The position numbers and the translations under genes are program-made. A model generated the notes under the pieces. The model made no database searches. It saw only the letters and a program-made list of their open reading frames with translations, and had not been told where the DNA came from. Shown in pieces: positions 57,610-64,000 of a stretch of 64,000 bases of DNA. The DNA is from Victivallaceae bacterium. GTDB taxonomy: Bacteria > Verrucomicrobiota > Lentisphaeria > Victivallales > Victivallaceae. Within the stretch, counting starts at the first letter, position 1. The number at the start of each line of letters is the position of its first letter. The stretch is from positions 1,340 through 65,339 of the forward strand of contig JAQUTL010000014.1 of NCBI GenBank assembly GCA_028709805.1. Reading direction: 5' to 3'.

Positions 57610-58998
57610 ATGACCGATCCAGCAGTATACGACAATAATGTACCGCCAGCTCAGCCGCAAGACGTCCATCACGACGAAGTGCCGAGCGCAATCTCCGCTT
57701 ATCTTCACAATATCCATGAAATGCCGCCGGTCTCTGAAGAACTTCAGAAGACCCTCGCGTCCGATATCGCCGCCGCAACCGCCGCGCTGCGCAAATCGTT
57801 GAACGTTTTCGGCTTCGCCATCAAGGAATATATCCGGCTGACCGGTGAAGTGATCGCGGGAACCACCAGGCCGGAAGACGTGTTCAGCCCGTCTTCGCTC
57901 CGGAAAGCCGGCAGCACTCCGGTCGCCGAGCGGAAATTCCTCCAAAGCATCCTTCCACAAATGAACGATCTCTATCTGGAATATTTCAACACGTTTTTTT
58001 CCACCGGCGAAAACAGGGCCGAACAACTCGACGCCGTCCGCCGGAAATGCGGGGAGGCACTCGACGTCATCCCGCTGAACGCCGACCGCTACGGCGAATT
58101 TATGACCGTTATCGCCGAGCTGTTCATGACGCCGCCCACCGGAAACCTGTCCGCTGACGCGCTGAAGATTTTTCCCGACGGCGAGCTGAAATTCATAGAT
58201 GAAAAGTTTCTGTTTGACCGCGCCGAACTGATCCCCGTTATAAATTCAGCGATTCAGAAGTTCGCCGCGCTTCAGTCCGCCCGCCACCGCATGCTTGAAC
58301 AGAATCTCCGGCTGGCCGTCACCATAGCCAAAGGCTACTCCGGAAAATCCAGCGCGGTGACGATCAACGACGTGGTGCAGGAGGGCAACCTCGGTCTGCT
58401 CCGAGCCATTGAAAAATTCGATTTTGAGCTGGGTTATAAATTTTCCACCTACGCGATCTGGTGGATAAAACAGAATATCTCCCGGTTTCTGGCCGACCGC
58501 TCGCGCATTATCCGCATTCCGGCCCACATGATCCAGACCATCTCCGCAATGAACAACGCCGAACAGCAGTTCATCATGGACAATGGCCGCGAACCATTGA
58601 TTGAAGAGCTGGCAATGACGCTTGAAATGCCGGTGGCCCGCATCAGCGCGATCCGGAAGATGGCGCGCCAGCCGGTTTCGCTTCAGGCGCAGGCCACCTC
58701 CGACGACGACAGCTGCACGCTTGAAGACATCCTGCCGGACGAAAACGCCGAGGAGCCGGTCGATATTGCCAACAACAACACGCTCAACGAACAACTGCAC
58801 CATGTCGTGTCGCTGCTGCCGGAACGCGACCAGACGATCATCATCGACCGCTTCGGCCTGTTCGGTCACCGCGCCCACACGCTGGCGGAATTGAGCGAGA
58901 AGTTCGGCCTCACCCGTGAACGGGTGAGACAACTTGAGGCCAGAATCCTCAAGCGGCTGAGATCGCCGGAAATGCTGAAATACTTTGACCTGAAATAA
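57610..58998 (+). CDS. RpoD-family (group 1/2) sigma-70 factor
   Basis: Region 2 (EGNLGLLRAIEKFDFELGYKFSTYAIWWIKQNISRFLADRSRIIRIPAHM), region 3 and region 4.2 (TLAELSEKFGLTRERVRQLEARILKRLR), with a long divergent N-terminus. Confidence 0.85.
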   Translation: MTDPAVYDNNVPPAQPQDVHHDEVPSAISAYLHNIHEMPPVSEELQKTLASDIAAATAALRKSLNVFGFAIKEYIRLTGEVIAGTTRPEDVFSPSSLRKAGSTPVAERKFLQSILPQMNDLYLEYFNTFFSTGENRAEQLDAVRRKCGEALDVIPLNADRYGEFMTVIAELFMTPPTGNLSADALKIFPDGELKFIDEKFLFDRAELIPVINSAIQKFAALQSARHRMLEQNLRLAVTIAKGYSGKSSAVTINDVVQEGNLGLLRAIEKFDFELGYKFSTYAIWWIKQNISRFLADRSRIIRIPAHMIQTISAMNNAEQQFIMDNGREPLIEELAMTLEMPVARISAIRKMARQPVSLQAQATSDDDSCTLEDILPDENAEEPVDIANNNTLNEQLHHVVSLLPERDQTIIIDRFGLFGHRAHTLAELSEKFGLTRERVRQLEARILKRLRSPEMLKYFDLK

Positions 58999-59011
58999 CC
59001 GGAGAACCACC

Positions 59012-60055
59012 GTGTCCAGTTCAATCTCGCTTGCCGGAATCGGCAAAAGTTTCACCAAAGACAAGCCGGTGCTTTCCGGCATAAACCTTGAAATCGCCGC
59101 CGGAGAACTGTTTTTTCTGCTGGGGCCGTCCGGCTGCGGAAAATCGACGCTGCTTCGGATCATCGCCGGACTGGAGTCGCCGGATTCCGGGACGATCGGC
59201 TTTGACGGACGCGACATCACGTCGCTGCCGCCGGAGCGCCGCCATACGGCGATGGTGTTCCAAAATTATGCGCTGTGGCCGCACCTCTCGGTTTTTGAAA
59301 ACGTGGCGTTCGGGCTGCGGGCCGCGCACTGCGCGTCGTCGGAAATCGCCGTGAAGGTGAACGCAGCGCTGGAGCTGGTCCGGCTGCCGGGGCTGGGCGA
59401 CCGCAAAATCGCCTCGCTTTCCGGCGGTCAACAGCAGCGCGTGGCGCTGGCCCGCGCGGTGGCGGTGGAGCCGGCGGTGCTGCTGCTTGACGAGCCGCTG
59501 TCCAATCTTGACGCCAGACTGCGCGACACCATGCGCGAGGAGATCAGACGGGTGACCAAGACCAAAGGATTGACCGCGGTGTATGTCACTCACGACCGGC
59601 GTGAAGCGCTGGCCACCGCCGACCGCGCCGCGATCATGCATAACGGTTTGCTCGAACAATGCGCCGCGCCGCGCGAACTGTACCGCCATCCGGCGTCGCC
59701 GTTTGCGGCCGAATTTCTGGGCGACGCCAATTTTCTGGACGGCGATGCGGAGGGCGGAGTCGTCGCCGCACAACTCGGTCAATGGCGGCTGCCGGCGGCG
59801 CCGGACGGGCCGGTCAGACTGATGTTCCGCCCCGAATCGCTGCGCCCGGCAGCTCCGGACGCGCCGGACGGAACTCTGCGCTTTCGCGGTAAGATCACCG
59901 GCGAACTGTATGCCGGGGAATACGCGGTATATACGGTAGCGGCCGGCGGCACAACGCTGAAAATGCTGATGTCTCCGCCGGTTGATCCGCCGCCCGGCGG
60001 CGATGAATGCGAGTTCATGGTCGCCCCGGCGGCGGTCCGGGTGTTTGGAGCCTGA
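59012..60055 (+). CDS. ABC transporter ATP-binding protein (FbpC/PotA-like)
   Basis: GTG start with GGAG 7 nt upstream. Walker A GPSGCGKST, LSGGQQQRVALARA, LLLDEPLSNLD and a C-terminal TOBE-like region. Confidence 0.85.
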   Translation: MSSSISLAGIGKSFTKDKPVLSGINLEIAAGELFFLLGPSGCGKSTLLRIIAGLESPDSGTIGFDGRDITSLPPERRHTAMVFQNYALWPHLSVFENVAFGLRAAHCASSEIAVKVNAALELVRLPGLGDRKIASLSGGQQQRVALARAVAVEPAVLLLDEPLSNLDARLRDTMREEIRRVTKTKGLTAVYVTHDRREALATADRAAIMHNGLLEQCAAPRELYRHPASPFAAEFLGDANFLDGDAEGGVVAAQLGQWRLPAAPDGPVRLMFRPESLRPAAPDAPDGTLRFRGKITGELYAGEYAVYTVAAGGTTLKMLMSPPVDPPPGGDECEFMVAPAAVRVFGA

Positions 60056-60059
60056 AACA

Positions 60060-61646
60060 ATGTGGAAAAGAATATTTGCCGGCGCCATTCCGTTCGTGCT
60101 GCTGTTCGCGCTGCCGTTTGTTCTACGCTCCGGACGCGGCGGAGACGAACCGATATTGATGCCGGATGACGCCGATTCTCTGGTGATCGTCTCCGCCCAC
60201 GACAAATCGGTGAAACGGGAATTTGAACACGGATTTCGCAAATATTACCGGGAAAAATACGGCAGGGAGGTGGAGTTCGACTGGCGCGACGTCGGCGGAA
60301 CCTCCGACATCATCCGCTATATCGACGACCGCTACGCCGCAAATTTCCGCGACTACTACCGCCGCAATTTCCCCGACGAATGGAATGATGACGTCGCCGC
60401 CGCTTTCGCCGATCCCCGCACCGGGAAAAACGGCTCGCCGGCGCAGAAGCTGGCTCGTGAGCGCTTTCTGGCGTCAGACGTCGGCATCAACATCGATATT
60501 TTCTGGGGCGGCGGCTCCTACGATCACGGCAAAAACGCCGACAAGGGCTACGGTGTGGACGGCGGCGCGGCGCGGCGCCACCCGGAATATTTCGCGCCGG
60601 ACATAATTCCGCAAACCTTTTCCGGCGAAATTTTCTATGATCCGTCCGGCCGGTTCTACGGCTGCTGTCTTTCCAGCTTCGGCATCTGCTACAATCCTGA
60701 CCGCTACCGCGAACTGGAAATAGAGCCGCCGGAAAAATGGGACGATCTCGGCCGCGGCGAACTGTTCGGCCTGATCGCGGTGGGCGACCCCACCAAAAGC
60801 GGCTCGGTGAATAAATGCTACGAAATGCTGATCCAGCAGAAAATGCAGCAGTCAAAGGACGCCGAGACCGGCTGGCGCAACGCAATGACGCTGCTGAAAC
60901 AGATAGCCGGAAACGCGGAGCTGGTGTCGGACAGCGCGTCGAAAATCCCGCTTGAGGTGTCCACCGGATCGGCCGCCGCCGGAGTGTGTATCGACTATTA
61001 CGGTTTTGCCGAAGAAGAGTGGTGCAACACACCCGATCATAAACGCATTGTTTTTGTAATGCCGGAAAACGGCAGCAGCGTCGGCGCCGACCCGATACAA
61101 CTGCTGCGCGGCGCACCGAACCGCGCCGTTGCCGAAGCGTTCATCGACTTCGTGCTCGGCGTGGACGGCCAAAAACTATGGAGTTCAAAAACCGGCACGC
61201 CCGGCGGTCCCGAAGTCCGTTCGCCGCGCCGTCCGCCGATCCGGATGGATATGTACCGCGAGCCGCTGAGCCATTATCTGATTGATCCTGAATACAATCC
61301 GTACCGCACCGGCGCCGGATTCCAATACCGTCCGGAGCTGACCGGGCGCTATTTCGCTTTGATCCGCATCCTGATAAAATGCGTGATCCTCGACCCGGCC
61401 GACGAGCTGCGCGAAGCGTGGCGGGCGATAATCATCGCCGGCGGCCCGGAGAAAGTCCCGGAAGCATGGGCGGAATTTCAGCGTCTGCCTTTTTCGTACT
61501 CAGCCGCCGGGAGCATGGCCGCCGAACTGAACCGCACCGGCGGCCCGGAGGTCAGCGAAGCGGTGGCCGCGCTGCGCCGGGAGTGGACGCAGTTCGCCCG
61601 TGAACATTATCTTAAAGCCGCCGGTCTGGCCGCAAAGGGACGTTGA
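60060..61646 (+). CDS. extracellular solute-binding protein (Fe3+/thiamine-type ABC)
   Basis: ATG 60060 gives the signal-like N-terminus MWKRIFAGAIPFVLLFALPF. A large SBP-like body sits between the ATPase and permease genes. Confidence 0.7.
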   Translation: MWKRIFAGAIPFVLLFALPFVLRSGRGGDEPILMPDDADSLVIVSAHDKSVKREFEHGFRKYYREKYGREVEFDWRDVGGTSDIIRYIDDRYAANFRDYYRRNFPDEWNDDVAAAFADPRTGKNGSPAQKLARERFLASDVGINIDIFWGGGSYDHGKNADKGYGVDGGAARRHPEYFAPDIIPQTFSGEIFYDPSGRFYGCCLSSFGICYNPDRYRELEIEPPEKWDDLGRGELFGLIAVGDPTKSGSVNKCYEMLIQQKMQQSKDAETGWRNAMTLLKQIAGNAELVSDSASKIPLEVSTGSAAAGVCIDYYGFAEEEWCNTPDHKRIVFVMPENGSSVGADPIQLLRGAPNRAVAEAFIDFVLGVDGQKLWSSKTGTPGGPEVRSPRRPPIRMDMYREPLSHYLIDPEYNPYRTGAGFQYRPELTGRYFALIRILIKCVILDPADELREAWRAIIIAGGPEKVPEAWAEFQRLPFSYSAAGSMAAELNRTGGPEVSEAVAALRREWTQFAREHYLKAAGLAAKGR

Positions 61647-61653
61647 CGCTATT

Positions 61654-63330
61654 ATGGACACACGACGATTTTTATGCTATCTCACCGGCGGCGTCCTGCT
61701 GCTGTTTCTGGTGACTTTTCTGCTTGGACCGATCTACGCGGTGGCGGCCGGCGGACTCAATCCCGGCCTGATCGCGGAAATATTCCGCAGTCCGGTCTAT
61801 GTTGAAGGGCTGTGCAACGCGCTGGCGGTGGCGGCGGTCACCACAGTGTTCACGCTGGCGATCGCGCTGCCGCTGGCGCTGCTCTACAACCGCTACGAAT
61901 TCCGGGGCAAAGCACTGAGCACACTGGCGATCATGGCGCCGATGATACTGCCGCCGTTTGTCGGCGCACTCGGCTTTCAGCAACTGCTGGGTCATTACGG
62001 TGTGTTCAATTCCATTCTGACCGGATTTGGCGCCGCCAGGATCGACTTTCTGGGCGGCGACGGCAAATTTTGGGCGGTATGCGCGATCGAAGCGCTGCAT
62101 CTATATCCGATCCTCTACCTGAATCTCATCACCGCGCTGGCCAATATCGATCCGGCCTATCAGGAGGCGGCGCGCAATCTCGGCGCCTCGCCGCGACGGA
62201 GATTTTTCCGCATCACCCTGCCGCTGGTCAAACCGGGAATTTTCGCCGGCGGCAGCATTGTGCTGATCTGGAGCTTCACCGAACTCGGTACGCCGCTGAT
62301 GTTCAATTACACCAGAATAACCCCGGTGCAGGTGTTCAACGGCATCACTGAACTTGAGCGCAATCAACTGCCGCTGTCGCTGGTGGTAATCATGCTGGCG
62401 GTGTCGGCGCTGCTGTATCTCGGCGGCAAACTGGCGTTCGGCCGCCCGGCAACCGGCGGATCGGCCGGCAAAGGATCCTCCGGAAGCGGCGGCGTAAAAC
62501 TCGGATTCTGGGCCGGACTGCTGCCGGCCGGAGCATTTGCCGCGGTGACGCTGATCGCGCTCGCCCCGCACATTTCGCTGGTGCTGATCGCGTTCTCGCG
62601 CAACTGGTACAACAGCGTGCTGCCGGAGTCGTTCACCTGGATGAATTTTGACGCGGCGCTGTCCGACAGTCTGGTGGTTCCGAGCATTATCAACAGTCTG
62701 CGCTACTCGCTGTCGGCCATGCTGATCGCGGTGGCGGCCGGAGTGCTGATCTCGCTGGCCGTCGTCCGCTGGAAGCTGCGCGGCGGCTGGCTGCTGGACA
62801 CGCTTGCGATGCTGCCGCTGGCGGTTCCCGGCATTGTGATGGCGTTCGGATTTCTGGTGCTGGCCTACGCCAACGGCTTTACCCGAATGCTGTTCGACGT
62901 GGAGAAAAATCCGCTGCTGCTGCTGGCGGCGGCCTACGCGGTGCGCCGGCTGCCGTATGTGGTGCGGGCGGTCTCCTCCGGTCTGGAGCAGACCCCGGCG
63001 GAACTGGAAAACGCCGGACGCAACCTCGGCGCCGGAGCATGGCGCGTATTGCGGCGGATCACCCTGCCGCTGGTGGCGGCCAACATTCTGGTCGGCGCGC
63101 TGTTTGCCTTCAGCTTCTCAATGCTGGAGGTGTCGGACAGCCTGATTCTGGCGCAGAAAGCCCAATTCTATCCGATCACCAAAGCAATCTACGAATTGTC
63201 GTCAATTCTGGGCGAAGGGCGGTACATTGCCTGCGCGTTCGGGGTATGGGCCATGCTGTTTCTGGCGTCGACGCTCGCACTGGCCGCCGCCGCGCTCGGC
63301 AAAAAGATCGGAGCGATCTTCCGGCTGTAA
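61654..63330 (+). CDS. ABC transporter permease, duplicated (12-TM) FbpB/ThiP-like
   Basis: Two tandem BPD_transp_1-type halves each carry an EAA-like loop (YQEAARNLGASPRRRFFRITLPL and ELENAGRNLGAGAWRVLRRITLPL). Confidence 0.85.
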   Translation: MDTRRFLCYLTGGVLLLFLVTFLLGPIYAVAAGGLNPGLIAEIFRSPVYVEGLCNALAVAAVTTVFTLAIALPLALLYNRYEFRGKALSTLAIMAPMILPPFVGALGFQQLLGHYGVFNSILTGFGAARIDFLGGDGKFWAVCAIEALHLYPILYLNLITALANIDPAYQEAARNLGASPRRRFFRITLPLVKPGIFAGGSIVLIWSFTELGTPLMFNYTRITPVQVFNGITELERNQLPLSLVVIMLAVSALLYLGGKLAFGRPATGGSAGKGSSGSGGVKLGFWAGLLPAGAFAAVTLIALAPHISLVLIAFSRNWYNSVLPESFTWMNFDAALSDSLVVPSIINSLRYSLSAMLIAVAAGVLISLAVVRWKLRGGWLLDTLAMLPLAVPGIVMAFGFLVLAYANGFTRMLFDVEKNPLLLLAAAYAVRRLPYVVRAVSSGLEQTPAELENAGRNLGAGAWRVLRRITLPLVAANILVGALFAFSFSMLEVSDSLILAQKAQFYPITKAIYELSSILGEGRYIACAFGVWAMLFLASTLALAAAALGKKIGAIFRL

Positions 63331-64000
63331 TCAGAACTCTTCCAGCCGCTTGAAGTCTTCGAGCTTATAACGGTCTCCGAAAACCCTGCGGCTGGCCGCC
63401 AGATAATCCTCCACCGGATTGGCCAGATGCCAGAGCGCCCGCGGCGTCGGCGTATAGCGGGTGGGGCCGAGCAGGTCGCGCCACAAGGCGTATCCGTCAT
63501 AGAGCGCACCGAGATTCTGTTTTTCGATGAATGCGCGGTATTTCGCGCTGCCGTTGTTGTAGGCGAGCGTTCTGGCCATGTCGTGGAACCAGAACTCCGC
63601 GTAGATCGGATATTCGTTTTTGAGTATCAGCGCCAGCCGGTTCATCTGAAACGGCATAGTCCAGGCTTTGACGGACATGGCCATGCATTCGGTCCGGATC
63701 GGGAAATCGTCCTTGTTGCAATAGCAGCCGAAGGTGAACGCCTCGGACTCCTTTGCCAGTTTCCCCAGTCCGGAAGCAAACTCCGAAAGGCAGACCAGCC
63801 GACGCGAAAGTTTCACCAGAATATCAAGCTTGCTTTTCGCCGCCCAGTCAAGTCCGATCAGAAAACTGTGCGTATCGCCGAGCGCGCCGATGTGACTCTT
63901 ATGCCACAATCGTTTTTTCGTGATGTAAAGCTGGACGTGCGGAGAATATTTTGAGCACAGGGCGATCAGCGCGTCGCGGTCCGGCGAGCAGTCGTCATGA
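63331..64000 (-). CDS. hypothetical protein, N-terminus beyond window edge
   Basis: The frame stays open from 63909 to base 64000 (HDDCSPDRDALIALCSKYSPHVQLYITKKR...). I recognise no family. Its stop codon directly abuts the permease stop. Confidence 0.55.
   Translation of the reverse strand, partial: HDDCSPDRDALIALCSKYSPHVQLYITKKRLWHKSHIGALGDTHSFLIGLDWAAKSKLDILVKLSRRLVCLSEFASGLGKLAKESEAFTFGCYCNKDDFPIRTECMAMSVKAWTMPFQMNRLALILKNEYPIYAEFWFHDMARTLAYNNGSAKYRAFIEKQNLGALYDGYALWRDLLGPTRYTPTPRALWHLANPVEDYLAASRRVFGDRYKLEDFKRLEEF

Overview
About 64 kb of high-GC bacterial chromosome. Coding lines I spot-counted are roughly 60-72% G+C. Genes are tightly packed and many junctions are ATGA-type or 1-20 nt, so long operons are likely. 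All product calls come from motifs read by eye in the supplied translations. No database search was possible.

Most of the window is housekeeping:
- trmD-rplS-rnhB-thrS-infC-rpmI-rplT-pheS-pheT
- rubrerythrin, pepF, metG, an HPr-like gene
- gyrA-folP-cdaA-cdaR-like, a PpiD-like chaperone
- a polyamine pair (AdoMetDC, speE), gloA, an orphan OppF-like ATPase, asd
- rpsT plus an untracked 29-aa bS22-like ORF
- nusA-infB-rbfA-nrnA-truB, extended by an unknown acidic/His-rich protein and a DinG-type helicase
- an HTH-cupin-acyl-CoA synthetase fusion, DUF2062, a family-5 solute-binding protein coupled to DAHP synthase, an S51 lipoprotein, a degenerate sensor kinase-like protein
- an RpoD-family sigma factor and a Fe3+/thiamine-type ABC transporter

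Two regions look accessory.
1. 43.2-54.6 kb holds a roughly 3,230-aa protein with no export signal. It has a beta-helix-like N-terminal region, about 7 FN3-like modules and 14 tandem PPC-like modules. A GT-C-like membrane glycosyltransferase gene lies next to it.
2. 55.7-57.4 kb is a 1.7-kb AT-rich islet between an intact tRNA-Arg(ACG) and a 5-prime-truncated tRNA(CAT) remnant. It carries an overlapping gene pair: an XRE-HTH/S24 LexA-CI-like repressor and a zinc-ribbon/2-TM/bacterial-PH-domain membrane protein. Palindromic operators sit upstream. This is my best candidate for an undescribed two-gene stress- or phage-responsive module.

I saw no rRNA, CRISPR array, cas gene, transposase, integrase or reverse transcriptase in any frame.
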